From: Planctomycetota bacterium
Lineage (GTDB): Bacteria > Planctomycetota > Phycisphaerae > UBA1845
Assembly (NCBI GenBank): GCA_024278695.1
Contig: JAJRSR010000211.1
Location: forward strand, 1-46,632
Direction of reading: 5' to 3'
Length of the DNA: 46,632 nucleotides
Of this stretch, positions 18,084-29,887 are shown in pieces. Both the position numbers and the translations under genes were made by a program. The stretch's first letter is position 1. Each line of letters begins with the position of its first letter. Under the pieces are notes generated by a model. The model was not told where the DNA came from. It saw only the letters and a list, made by a program, of their open reading frames with translations, and searched no databases.

Positions 18084-20264
18084 CTACTTTACACCGTGCA
18101 TCATTGCGGTGACTTTCTTGACAATCAAGAAACAAACAAAAGACGCACCGAACATGGCCGCGGCGATGTACATGAAGTAGGTGTTGGGATCTAGTTTCTC
18201 CCAGTTTTCACCCGCCAGGCCGGCGGTGAAGTTGCCAAAGAAGCTAGTAAGCAGCCACATGCCCATGAGCATGGTGGCGAATCGCCGGGGCGCGAGCTTG
18301 CTCACCATCGACAGACCCACCGGAGAGAGACAGAGTTCTCCGAGCGTGCAAAGAATGTAGAACCAAAAGAGCCACCAGGAACTAACGCGGAACTTGGCAC
18401 TCGCGACGTAGATTTCATTGAGTGCGGTTCGAAACTCCGGGTCGGAACCAGCGACAAGAATCTGCTTGTAGTCTTTGTCGGCCAGGGCCATCTTCGAGAA
18501 GAACGTCTGTGTTTCAGCGTCATACCGGAGTTTTTCCGGGTCGTACCCCTTGAGGTATTCGGCATCAAAACCCGGAGGCATATCGGCGATACGCTCGACC
18601 ACCTCGAACGATTCCTCCCCGGACTCCTTGGCCTTAGCCTCGGCGTCTTTCGTTTTCTGGGCTAGCGCATGGATCGCTTCGACGAATGTCTTAGGAGCCG
18701 TCGCCCTCAGCATTCGATCGCGATGATTGTTGTTCAGAACGCCGGAAATATGGAGCGTCGCTGTTCCTTCGTCAAACTTGAGACGGCCTCCATGGGCGAT
18801 CATGCCCTCCTCGGGAAGCTCGTCGGCGACATACTTTTCAAAGTCCTCTTTCTTGTCGAGGCTCGGCGTGTCGTAGAAGTTGAGCTTTCCGTCCTCGATC
18901 GATACGACACGGGTTGGGAGTTGTGTCAGAGTGGCTTGGCTTGGCTGATTTTCGTACTTCACCGACCAGATCATCAGCGCAAAGGCCATGCCTTGCATGA
19001 ACACGCCGATCGACATTTTCCCGGCGATCGAAAGGTTGATCTTCCGTCGAGCCAGGAAAACCCAAAGCCATGCGAAGAGCGGCGCGAAGCAGACAATCGC
19101 CAACGCGTTGATGGACTGAAACGAAGTCGTTAAGACCGGGTTGATCGCCACGAGCTTGGCGAGCGCACCTTTGAGGACGGTACCGAATCCTTCCTCGGCC
19201 ACATCGACGTAAGCCTCGGGGTACACATCCGGTGTGGGTGGCGTCTCGGTGACGTAGCGGTTGGTGGTTTGATCCGCCCAGACGTTCATGGCGTTACCGG
19301 CTTGCTCAAAAGCGCCCCAGAAAAACACGACAAATACGAAGAGTGCGTAAATGGCCAGCACCCGGTCCCGGGTGGCCATGGCCAGCTTGGATAATATCCA
19401 CGCGGCAAAGAAGGCGGCGATGGCGGCGATCTCTAAGGCGATAAAGTTGTCGAAGCTGACCAACTTGAGTTGCCACGCCACGGGTGAACCTAGGAACAGC
19501 ATACCGCCGAACATCAGGAAGATTCCCGGAGAAAGCCGGGAGAAGCTCGGGAATACTGATGGCGCAGATGTCGCTTCTTCCTCCGTCATGGCATGATCTT
19601 CATCGTGCGAGCCGGAGGCGCTCGTGTCTTCATCCGGCGCGTGGTACTCCGCGCCTTCCGGTAGCTCTTTCACCCACGGCAAGCCAAAGAGATACACCAA
19701 GAGTCCGAGCACCATGCCGACGCCGGCCGCCCCGAAGCCCCAGTGGTAGCCGAGTCCGGGCGTTTCTCGTAGCGTGCCGCAAACCAGCGGTGACAAAAAC
19801 GCCCCGAGGTTGATACCCATATAGAAAATCGTGTAGGCACCGTCTCGCCGGGGGTCGTTTTGAGGATAGAGCCGGCCGACCTGGACGGACATGTTTGGCT
19901 TGAAAAAGCCGTTGCCCATGATTAAGAAACCGAGGGCAGCGTAGAAAATCCACATCTCCTCGAACACCATCAGGAAGTGCCCTGCAGACATCATGATAGC
20001 GCCGATGACGATTGCCCATTTGTTTCCAAGATACTTATCGGCCAAGAACCCTCCGAGAAGCGGCGTGAGATACACTAGGCTCGTGTACCACTTGTAGACG
20101 CCGGACGCATCCTCCTGCGTCATCTTGAAAAAATCGACCATGTACAACACGAGCAGCGCCCGCATACCGTAATAGCTAAACCGTTCCCACATCTCGGTGA
20201 AGAACAGAACGTAGAGTCCCTTGGGGTGGCCTAGGAAGGTGCCTTGCTCTTTTGCGTGCGCCAC
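18084..20264 (-). CDS. POT/PTR family proton-dependent oligopeptide transporter (MFS) with a large loop insertion
   Basis: GHPKGL..EMWERFSYYGMR (ExxERFxYY), GNGFFKPN, FYMGINLG, FWGAFEQ, FQSIN, GELCLSPVGLS; GGAG RBS before GTG 20264. Confidence 0.95.
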   Translation of the reverse strand: MAHAKEQGTFLGHPKGLYVLFFTEMWERFSYYGMRALLVLYMVDFFKMTQEDASGVYKWYTSLVYLTPLLGGFLADKYLGNKWAIVIGAIMMSAGHFLMVFEEMWIFYAALGFLIMGNGFFKPNMSVQVGRLYPQNDPRRDGAYTIFYMGINLGAFLSPLVCGTLRETPGLGYHWGFGAAGVGMVLGLLVYLFGLPWVKELPEGAEYHAPDEDTSASGSHDEDHAMTEEEATSAPSVFPSFSRLSPGIFLMFGGMLFLGSPVAWQLKLVSFDNFIALEIAAIAAFFAAWILSKLAMATRDRVLAIYALFVFVVFFWGAFEQAGNAMNVWADQTTNRYVTETPPTPDVYPEAYVDVAEEGFGTVLKGALAKLVAINPVLTTSFQSINALAIVCFAPLFAWLWVFLARRKINLSIAGKMSIGVFMQGMAFALMIWSVKYENQPSQATLTQLPTRVVSIEDGKLNFYDTPSLDKKEDFEKYVADELPEEGMIAHGGRLKFDEGTATLHISGVLNNNHRDRMLRATAPKTFVEAIHALAQKTKDAEAKAKESGEESFEVVERIADMPPGFDAEYLKGYDPEKLRYDAETQTFFSKMALADKDYKQILVAGSDPEFRTALNEIYVASAKFRVSSWWLFWFYILCTLGELCLSPVGLSMVSKLAPRRFATMLMGMWLLTSFFGNFTAGLAGENWEKLDPNTYFMYIAAAMFGASFVCFLIVKKVTAMMHGVK

Positions 20265-20558
20265 GGGCGGTATCTCCCAGAAAAAACAAGCGGGCTGCGT
20301 CTTGGTCTGCGAAGCCCTTTTTGGTTTTGTGCGTTTGCAGTACGCTGCCCGGCATTCTGGCCGCGCGACGCAACCGTAACGTAAAACTTCGCGGCTGACC
20401 AGTGATTTCCTAGATCGAGGCGCGGCAAAGTGGAGGAAGATGGGTAGTTCGTGGTACGCTCCCAAAGGGGTTGCGGAGTGAGTTTGGCGGATTTAACTCC
20501 GGTGCCGTGGTGGGGCTGTGTGGATCGCGGAGTTTTTTGTCGAGGGGAGGTTCAAGCC

Positions 20559-21389
20559 ATGCCGGAGTTGCCAGAAGCAGAGACCATTGCGCGCGAGCTG
20601 GATCGTCAGGTGGTGGGCTGCGTCATCAGCAGCGTACGTGTTCTGAGGCGTGATGTGGTTCATGGCGACCCCCGGCCGATAGGTCGCGTAGTAACCGGAC
20701 GGCATATCCGACGGGTGTATCGTCGCGCGAAACGCGTGATCGTGGCGTTTGACCCACCGATTGAGATCGTATTTCATCTGGGGATGAGCGGACGACTTTC
20801 AGTCGAGCCGTCGAGGGTGTTGGCTGCGAAGCATACGCATCTTCGCTTAGCGCTGGATGATGATGAGGTGCGTGAGATTCGTTTCTGTGACCCACGCCGG
20901 TTCGGTGGTGTGTGGGTGCTGGCGGGTGGTACGCGACAAGTCGGCCGAAAGCTTGGTCCGCTCGGCCCAGAGCCGTTACAACTCACATCGAAAGATTTTG
21001 CCAACATTCTCGATAGAAATAGGCAGGTCAAGGCGCTGCTGCTTGACCAAGGTGCAATTGCCGGGATCGGCAATATCTATTGTGATGAGGCGTTGTTTCG
21101 CGCGGGGGTTCACCCGCTCACCTCAGCGGCCGACTTGAGCCTGCGTCAGAGAGGTGTGCTCCTGCACAGCATCAAGACCGTACTTCGTGCGGCGATTAAG
21201 CATCGCGGTTCTACGATCAGTGATTATCGCCAAGTCGATGGCGTCGCCGGGTCGTTCCAGCACAGTAATCGCGTCTACGGTCGTGAGGGCACGGCTTGCG
21301 TCGAGTGCAGTGCGGAGATCATTAGATTGGTGGCGGCTGGTCGTTCCACGTTCGTGTGTGCGGTATGTCAACCACAGCAGTCGATGTAG
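20559..21389 (+). CDS. mutM: Formamidopyrimidine-DNA glycosylase
   Basis: MPELPEAE, HLGMSG, DPRRFG, LLDQ..IAGIGNIYCDE, C-terminal zinc finger CVEC..RSTFVCAVCQ. Confidence 0.95.
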   Translation: MPELPEAETIARELDRQVVGCVISSVRVLRRDVVHGDPRPIGRVVTGRHIRRVYRRAKRVIVAFDPPIEIVFHLGMSGRLSVEPSRVLAAKHTHLRLALDDDEVREIRFCDPRRFGGVWVLAGGTRQVGRKLGPLGPEPLQLTSKDFANILDRNRQVKALLLDQGAIAGIGNIYCDEALFRAGVHPLTSAADLSLRQRGVLLHSIKTVLRAAIKHRGSTISDYRQVDGVAGSFQHSNRVYGREGTACVECSAEIIRLVAAGRSTFVCAVCQPQQSM

Positions 21390-21495
21390 AAAGTGTTATA
21401 CTATCGCCTGTTGGGAAGAATAAAGGCAGCTTCCTGATCGTCGAAACGTGTCGGACGTGGTTGGGGGCACGGCGGTTGCGCGGTAAGGTCCGGTC

Positions 21496-23130
21496 ATGGC
21501 GGAATCGGAAACCTCAGGCGTCTTGCGTTTGCGCGACTTGGAAGGAAGGAAGACGCGACCGGAGTTTGTCCATCCTGGGTCGCGGCTGCTTCGTCGTCGT
21601 CGGCTTACGGCGCTGGCGGTGGTTGTGGTCGTAGGTGGCAGCGTCGGGCTCTCGGCCGGATATGCCCTCTACCTTCGGAGCGATTACTACCGTCAAGCGT
21701 TGGCCCAGCGTATCAGTGATCGGCTCGGGCTTGTGGTGGAGATGGCAGACGTGCATCGCTTGGGGGTGAGCGGTGTGGCGTTGGTCGATCCGCAGGTGTC
21801 ACTGGGCGGCGGCGGTCCGCAGGTGTTTCAATGCCGAAGTGCCTTGTGGCGTTTTGCCGACGACGGCTTGACCAGCGGGTTCGTGCTCGATCTCATCGAC
21901 GGCTGGGTGAAAGTCGGCGGGGCGGACTGGTCCAAGTCGCGATACGGCGAGCTGCTTGATCGCAGCTTGGGACAGGATTTCTCGGCGCTGCGTGTGGGAC
22001 AGGTTCGCGTGCGCGATATCGACGTGCGGTTCGCCAGCCCCCTGGGTGAGTTGACGGCCAGCGCGACACGCGGTGTCGTGGATGTTCGAGGGTCCAGGGA
22101 GGCCGTTGCGTCGCTCAGCAGTTCAGAGCTAAACGGCGTGGTCGTAGCGACGCCCGTTAATATCTCAGCACGGTTCACACCCGGCTCGGCTTTGAAGTTT
22201 ACCGAAGTTCGGCTCACGATCCCAACCGCGCCGATCGCTGCGATTGGCTTGGCTAGTGCTTCTGCCGCGAAGCGACCGCACGGTACCTTCGCCGGGACTA
22301 TCCGCTACACCGGTGATGATCAGGGTGACGTCGTCAGCATCAAGGGGGCGATCACGAACGCGAATCTCGAAGTGCTTACCAAGATTCCCGGCGGACCCTA
22401 TCGCGGGATGGTTACGTTTGACCTTCGCGAGGCTCGGGTGCATGCCAAAAAACTTGCGTTGTTCAGTGCGGCCGGCTCCATCGAAAACCTCTTCGTGGCC
22501 GACCTCTTTCCCTCGTTGGCTGCCGATGCCGGGTCGGCGACGCTATCGCTCGCGGTGGATGATGTACGATTCCGCGACGGGCGGGTTGAGTACCTGAAAG
22601 CCTCTGGTCGGTGCGAAGGACTCTCGCTCGATACGCTAACCGGGCTGATCGGTCCCGGCCGCGTGACGGGTACGGTCCGTATCGACATTGCGAATCTTGT
22701 GGTCGTCGATGACGAAATCATCGCCGCCGATCTTCTGGTGGATGCGGTTAAGCCGGACGACGAACCGGGCACGATCGACCGGGCCGTGCTCGCTCGGGCG
22801 GCCGCGGCGTGGCTCGGAGTAGATATGAGCACCTGGATGCCTTCCTCGGTGGAGTATGAGCGGCTCGGGGCTCGAATCCTGATCGCGCGGGATGGTCTTC
22901 GGGTAGAAGGCACACACGGGTTCGATAATGCCACGATTCTGACGGTGCGTCTTTTTGGTCGGCCTTTCGCGGTGTTGGTCGCCCCGGATAAGGTTTATCC
23001 CGTGCCAGATGTTCGCAAGTACCTACTGGATCGTGCGGACCGCGTGGATCGGGAAAATCTGCGCGGCTTGTGGGGGACGTTGCGGTCAGGATCGAATGAA
23101 CCGGCAGGCGACTCGGAGTCTCAGGATTAG
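21496..23130 (+). CDS. Hypothetical membrane-anchored, beta-rich protein (AsmA-like by architecture only)
   Basis: 544-aa ORF, one N-terminal TM helix after a basic patch, alternating hydrophobic beta pattern; lies between mutM and dprA. Confidence 0.6.
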   Translation: MAESETSGVLRLRDLEGRKTRPEFVHPGSRLLRRRRLTALAVVVVVGGSVGLSAGYALYLRSDYYRQALAQRISDRLGLVVEMADVHRLGVSGVALVDPQVSLGGGGPQVFQCRSALWRFADDGLTSGFVLDLIDGWVKVGGADWSKSRYGELLDRSLGQDFSALRVGQVRVRDIDVRFASPLGELTASATRGVVDVRGSREAVASLSSSELNGVVVATPVNISARFTPGSALKFTEVRLTIPTAPIAAIGLASASAAKRPHGTFAGTIRYTGDDQGDVVSIKGAITNANLEVLTKIPGGPYRGMVTFDLREARVHAKKLALFSAAGSIENLFVADLFPSLAADAGSATLSLAVDDVRFRDGRVEYLKASGRCEGLSLDTLTGLIGPGRVTGTVRIDIANLVVVDDEIIAADLLVDAVKPDDEPGTIDRAVLARAAAAWLGVDMSTWMPSSVEYERLGARILIARDGLRVEGTHGFDNATILTVRLFGRPFAVLVAPDKVYPVPDVRKYLLDRADRVDRENLRGLWGTLRSGSNEPAGDSESQD

Positions 23131-23232
23131 GCCTTGGTGCCGGCCTGGTAGATGTCACTGGTGACGCACATGCTGGTGCTGGCACGGCCTTCCGTTTAGA
23201 CTGCTCCTGCGGTCCAAGACGAGGTCATTCTG

Positions 23233-24402
23233 ATGACGATTACGGATGCCGGTACGGTTCCGTCGGAATCGGCACGGCGGTACATGCGTATGTCCATGAC
23301 GCCCGGTGCCGGACCGGTGCGCGTGCGTAAGCTCGTGGAACACTTTGGTTCGCTGCAACGTGTGCTCGATGCGTCTGTCTCTGATTTGCGAAAGGTGGGC
23401 GGCATCGGCGGGGTGACCGGCGAGGCCATCTTCAACGCGCGGTCGCAGCAAATCACGGACGAGATCGAGCGTGAGATCGAGCGGGCGACTGAGTGCGGCG
23501 TGCGCATTTTGTGCATTGAAGACGCCGGTTTTCCGAAACCGCTGATAAACACACCTGATCCGCCGCTCGTGCTGTACGTTCGCGGCACACTCCAACCCGC
23601 AGATGCGGTATCGGTGGCTATCGTTGGGACGCGGCGGTGTTCGCACTATGGGCGTGAGCAGGCCGAGCGATTTGGCGAGGTGCTCGGTGCGGCGGGGTTT
23701 ACGGTCGTGTCCGGGTTGGCTCGCGGTGTGGATTCCTGTGCGCACCGTGGCGCGATTAAGGGCGGCGGTCGGACGATCGCGGTGCTCGGCAACGGGTTGG
23801 CTATGGTCAGCCCGCAGGAACACGAGATGCTCGCGGAGGAAATCTCTCACTCCGGTGCCGTGCTGAGCGAGCTTCCCCTTGATATAGCGCCTGACGCGAA
23901 GAACTTTCCACCGCGCAATCGGATCGTGGCCGGTCTGTCGCTTGGCGTGCTGGTGATCGAAGCTGGCAAGCGGAGCGGGGCGCTCATCACGGCCCGACTG
24001 GCGACGGAATACAACCGTGAGGTGTTTGCAGTGCCGGGCAGGATCGACCGTCCGGAGCTGACGGCCGGCAGTAACGGTCTCATTCGGGATAGCTCCGCGA
24101 AACTCGTGACGAGTCTCGAAGACGTGCTCGATGACCTGTCTGCCGTGGGCGACATCATGCGGCGCGGCTTGGCCGAGGATGCGGGCGAGGCTGGGGACAC
24201 GGCCGAACTCCAAACGGGGCTTGCCGGTAACGAACGCACCATCGTGGAGGCCGTCCGTATGGGCTGCCACGATATCGAATCCATCTGCCAAGAGGCGAAT
24301 CTCGACGCCGGTAGTGTCGTGGCCGCCCTGACCAAGCTGCAGATTCAAGGTCACCTGCGCCGTCAACCGGGCGGCAAGTTTGAGCTGCGCAGCACGGGTT
24401 AG
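23233..24402 (+). CDS. dprA: DNA-processing protein DprA
   Basis: DPPLVLYVRG, VAIVGTR, VVSGLARGVD, FPPRNRIVAGLS, EAGKRSGALITA, REVFAVPG. Confidence 0.95.
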   Translation: MTITDAGTVPSESARRYMRMSMTPGAGPVRVRKLVEHFGSLQRVLDASVSDLRKVGGIGGVTGEAIFNARSQQITDEIEREIERATECGVRILCIEDAGFPKPLINTPDPPLVLYVRGTLQPADAVSVAIVGTRRCSHYGREQAERFGEVLGAAGFTVVSGLARGVDSCAHRGAIKGGGRTIAVLGNGLAMVSPQEHEMLAEEISHSGAVLSELPLDIAPDAKNFPPRNRIVAGLSLGVLVIEAGKRSGALITARLATEYNREVFAVPGRIDRPELTAGSNGLIRDSSAKLVTSLEDVLDDLSAVGDIMRRGLAEDAGEAGDTAELQTGLAGNERTIVEAVRMGCHDIESICQEANLDAGSVVAALTKLQIQGHLRRQPGGKFELRSTG

Positions 24403-24514
24403 CGCGGATGCATGGGGACGCGCCGGTTCGTTCTCGTCGTGCATTGACCCGGACGCGATTCCCCACAACAATCGTGCGTCTTGCTGGTGACGTTCGCCAA
24501 ACTGCTGGAATAAA

Positions 24515-26479
<1,965 letters not shown>

Positions 26480-26504
26480 CCAATCACAAACGCGTACATC
26501 TGTT

Positions 26505-26587
26505 CGGGTGACCCGCCTCGTTAGGTGTGGGGGATTCGAAGAGTCTGGCAATTCGCATCCCCCACAGCTAACGCCACGAGCCACCCA
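26505..26587. repeat. Inverted doublet of REP-like family A (long hairpin between convergent genes)
   Basis: CGGGTGACCCGCCTCGTTAGGTGTGGGGGATTCGAA (minus-strand copy) faces CAATTCGCATCCCCCACAGCTAACGCCACGAGCCACCC (plus-strand copy); stem spans 26519-26573. Confidence 0.75.
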
Positions 26588-26629
26588 GCTTACATCAGGC
26601 AATCGTGCTGGGTACCACAAGCGTTTCTT

Positions 26630-27130
26630 TTACATTCCAAGGACGCCGCCTTTTCCAAGTGCCGTTCGGCAAACGGTGATATGTCCGACATGCCAGAACG
26701 GGTGGGTGCCCATCATCGTCCAGATTGCGCCGAGGGTTGGGAAGAAGTTCTTGTCCCAGCCTTCCGGGGACGGGTCGTCCCATGTGGCGTCGTCGAAGGC
26801 TTTGAGCTTTTCAATCATGTTTGCGCGAGAGTCACGAAACATCGCGTCGATCTGAGACCGGGCGGGGTACGCCGCCGCATCGGCTGTGCTCTTGGAGCCG
26901 GCTGTGAAGAGTCCGATCGTGGCTTCGTCAGTCGTTGGTGTCGTGCCGCAAATGGCCGACACCATGCTATCTTCTGAGACTGCAATGTGCCCCACGAGCC
27001 AGCCGACGTGGTTGGTGCCGGGAAGGGGGATTTTGAAGTACTCTTCATCCGAGAGGTCGGCCGTCATTTTTCCGATTAACATTTCCGAGACGGCTAATTG
27101 CCCGAGAAGGACATCTTTTGCACTTGCCAT
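26630..27130 (-). CDS. DinB/DUF664 family protein
   Basis: NHVGWLVGHIAVSE and THPFWHVGHI His motifs. Confidence 0.85.
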   Translation of the reverse strand: MASAKDVLLGQLAVSEMLIGKMTADLSDEEYFKIPLPGTNHVGWLVGHIAVSEDSMVSAICGTTPTTDEATIGLFTAGSKSTADAAAYPARSQIDAMFRDSRANMIEKLKAFDDATWDDPSPEGWDKNFFPTLGAIWTMMGTHPFWHVGHITVCRTALGKGGVLGM

Positions 27131-27392
27131 AGCGTGTAGACTCCGAATCCCGCAAGGGAAAACTGACTGCGGCCGCGAAGAACCCGTGCCTCCCCGCTCG
27201 CAGACGGTGAATGGTTTGAATTATTGTCGAAGCCAAGTCGAAGGCAAGGGCCATACTTGGAAGATCGATAGCATCATGCGAGAATCGACAAGTGCGAGAA
27301 GTTTGGGTACATGATTGTCGGCACGGGTATTGTCTTAGTACTAACCGTGCACCCGGATGTTTGTTTTCGCTGAGTTGCGAGCACGGTGAGTC

Positions 27393-29741
27393 ATGGAGTC
27401 AGTTGGTTTGCCCGAATACGAACGAAATCCTTCGGTTGCTCGAACCCTGCCCTTGGCCCACGCGGCGATGGTCGTGGTGGCTGCCTTGGCGATGGGGGCT
27501 CCGACGATTCGCGGGGGGTTTGTGGGTGCGGACGATCACCGGCTTGTGCTGAACCATGTGCTTGTGTCGCAGCCTTCGTTTGCGCACACGGTGGAGCTGT
27601 TCACCATTCCCCACCGTGATCTGTACCAACCGTTACCGCTAGCCAGCTTCGCATTTGAGTTTGCCGTGGTTCGGCTGCTCGGAATGGACGCCCGCGGCGC
27701 AGCGGGTGTGGCCTGGCTGTTTCATTTGGACAACGTGCTTCTGCATGCGATCAATGCGCTGCTTGTTTGGTTGGTGATCGTTCGGCTGCAAGGTTTGATT
27801 CGCGTGGGCGCAACGACCGGAAACGAGAGATGTGAGGCACTTCCCGAGAGCTCTGGCCATCGTACCGATGCGTTTCTGGCGATGGTCGCGGCGCTGCTCT
27901 TTGCGGTTCATCCGGTTCAAACGGAGGTCGTCGCTTGGGTGAACGGGCGTATGATGCTGCTCTCCACACTGTTCGCGCTGCTGACGGTTCTGAGTTTTGT
28001 CGTGATCGTGTCGCCTGGTTCGTCGGATGGTGGCAAGCGGAGCCGAATCAATCTTGCGATTTTGTGTGCCGTTGTGTTCGCCGTCTTGTGTGGGCTGAGT
28101 AAGGTTCGCGTGGGGCTGCCGGTACTGGTGTTGCTTCCGATTGTTGTCGCGCGGCGTTTTCGCGACTGGCGCGTGATGCTGCCGTGGATCGGGGTCGTGG
28201 TTGTGACCGGTGGTTTTGCGCTGATCAACATTCGTACCACGGTTGATGCGAACATGTTTGCCGGCGGTACGGAGATGCTTCACGGTCCGCGATTGGTGCG
28301 TGTGCTGTTGGCGCTGGCCAGCTATTTTCAGCACATTCTCTGGCCTGCGGGTTTGGCTAGTTATTATCCGGCACCGCCGGTCGTGGCTTGGACTGACGGT
28401 GCGACGTTTCGGGCGATGGCGATTGTCGCGCCGGTGTTTGCGTTCTGGGCCTGGCGCATGACGCGGTCCGGCGTCGCGCGGCTTGGGTTTGTGTGGTTTA
28501 TGGCGACGCTGGCATCGACGTTGCCGTTTCTACCGGCGCGAAACGTGCTGTCGGCCGACCGATACCTATACCTGCCGATCATCGGGTTGTTTTGGATGCT
28601 GGCGGTTGAGCTCGTCGGATTGTCCCGGCGGATTAAACTGCGGGGCGGAGGCCTTCGTTTGGTTCGCCTTGGCGGTGTGGCGATGTTGGCGATTAAGGTT
28701 GCGGTGAGTTGGCACGTCGGCTCATTCTACGCGACGGCCGCCGCAAAAACTCTGCGCGTGGCCGAAGTCTCACCTCGCACGCCCAGACTCTGGACCCGCG
28801 CCGGATGGGCACAGTACGAACTAGGCGATTACGACTTGGCGGCTGCCTACGCGCAGCGCGATCTTGTGTTTGAGGATATTGTAGCAAAGAGTAGTGCGAT
28901 GGAACTTCTTGGCGCGTGCGCATTGGCATTGGGAAACGAGGAGGGGGGTTATTCGAAACTGCGGCGTGCGTTTGAGATTGACCCTGAAAATGCCAAGGCC
29001 ATCTACCGGCTTGGGGTTGCGTACGCCAAGGCGGGGGAGGCAGACCTGGCGCTGGCGTCGCTTGAGACGGCGGTGAATGCTGCGCCGCGCTACAACCCTG
29101 CGCTGGTCCGGCTGGCCGATATCTATCGTGATGCGGGGCGTTTTCAGGAAGCCCGATCGCTATACGGACGGGCTCTCGATACGAACGCGTTTGACGTTGC
29201 GGCGATTCGCGGAATGGTGGCACTCGACGTTCGTGAGACGTTGGGCACGTTTGATTCCCTTGTGGAACGTGGCAAGACGGCCGAGGCGGCAGATTTGTGG
29301 AAACCACTGGTGCGACAGTGGCCTGAGTCTGCCGAGGTTCAAGTTTGGGCTTCGTGGGCGAACGCGCTGGCCGGGCGGGCAAACGGTGCGTGGCGTGGCA
29401 CGGTGCCAGCACAATTTGTGCCGCTGTCCGTGGCCACGCGGGCGCTGGTCGCGTTACAGAGACGAGACTACCGCACGGCCACGGCTCAGGTGGAACAGCT
29501 TTCTGAAGTCGAAGCCGCGAACCGTTACGCTCAGCGCCGGTTGCTCGGGGCGCTGCAGCAGCACGATCAGGCTCATCCGGGTGATGCGTGGACAATGTGC
29601 CTGGCCGCCCGGCTTTTGCTCGCGGATGGTCAGCAAACGGCCGGACAGGCGTTTACAGGCATCTGCGAGCAGCAGTGTCAGACGGAAGGCTGCGCCGAAT
29701 GGGTCAAACGTCTCCGAGAACGATACGGGCAAAACGATTGA
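27393..29741 (+). CDS. TMTC-like GT-C glycosyltransferase with C-terminal TPRs
   Basis: FVGADD, YQPL, FHLDNVLLH, LFAVHPVQTEVVAWVNGR, ADRYLYLP, many TM helices, then TPR helices (EIDPENAKAIYRLG). Confidence 0.85.
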   Translation: MESVGLPEYERNPSVARTLPLAHAAMVVVAALAMGAPTIRGGFVGADDHRLVLNHVLVSQPSFAHTVELFTIPHRDLYQPLPLASFAFEFAVVRLLGMDARGAAGVAWLFHLDNVLLHAINALLVWLVIVRLQGLIRVGATTGNERCEALPESSGHRTDAFLAMVAALLFAVHPVQTEVVAWVNGRMMLLSTLFALLTVLSFVVIVSPGSSDGGKRSRINLAILCAVVFAVLCGLSKVRVGLPVLVLLPIVVARRFRDWRVMLPWIGVVVVTGGFALINIRTTVDANMFAGGTEMLHGPRLVRVLLALASYFQHILWPAGLASYYPAPPVVAWTDGATFRAMAIVAPVFAFWAWRMTRSGVARLGFVWFMATLASTLPFLPARNVLSADRYLYLPIIGLFWMLAVELVGLSRRIKLRGGGLRLVRLGGVAMLAIKVAVSWHVGSFYATAAAKTLRVAEVSPRTPRLWTRAGWAQYELGDYDLAAAYAQRDLVFEDIVAKSSAMELLGACALALGNEEGGYSKLRRAFEIDPENAKAIYRLGVAYAKAGEADLALASLETAVNAAPRYNPALVRLADIYRDAGRFQEARSLYGRALDTNAFDVAAIRGMVALDVRETLGTFDSLVERGKTAEAADLWKPLVRQWPESAEVQVWASWANALAGRANGAWRGTVPAQFVPLSVATRALVALQRRDYRTATAQVEQLSEVEAANRYAQRRLLGALQQHDQAHPGDAWTMCLAARLLLADGQQTAGQAFTGICEQQCQTEGCAEWVKRLRERYGQND

Positions 29742-29792
29742 CGCCGTTGGTTCACCCATCACGCGGTACGGAATGATGGGGCGTAATGAAAT

Positions 29793-29835
29793 GGTCGAGC
29801 CGCAACGGAAGTGGTTACTCCGTCGCGGCTCAACC
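29793..29835. terminator. Hairpin between convergent genes (possible bidirectional terminator)
   Basis: GGTCGAGCCGCAACGGA ... TCCGTCGCGGCTCAACC imperfect stem; no U-tract. Confidence 0.45.
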
Positions 29836-29887
29836 TGTTGTGTGACTGCTCAAGTGGTCAGGGACAAGCGATTCCCTACGTGGAGGC

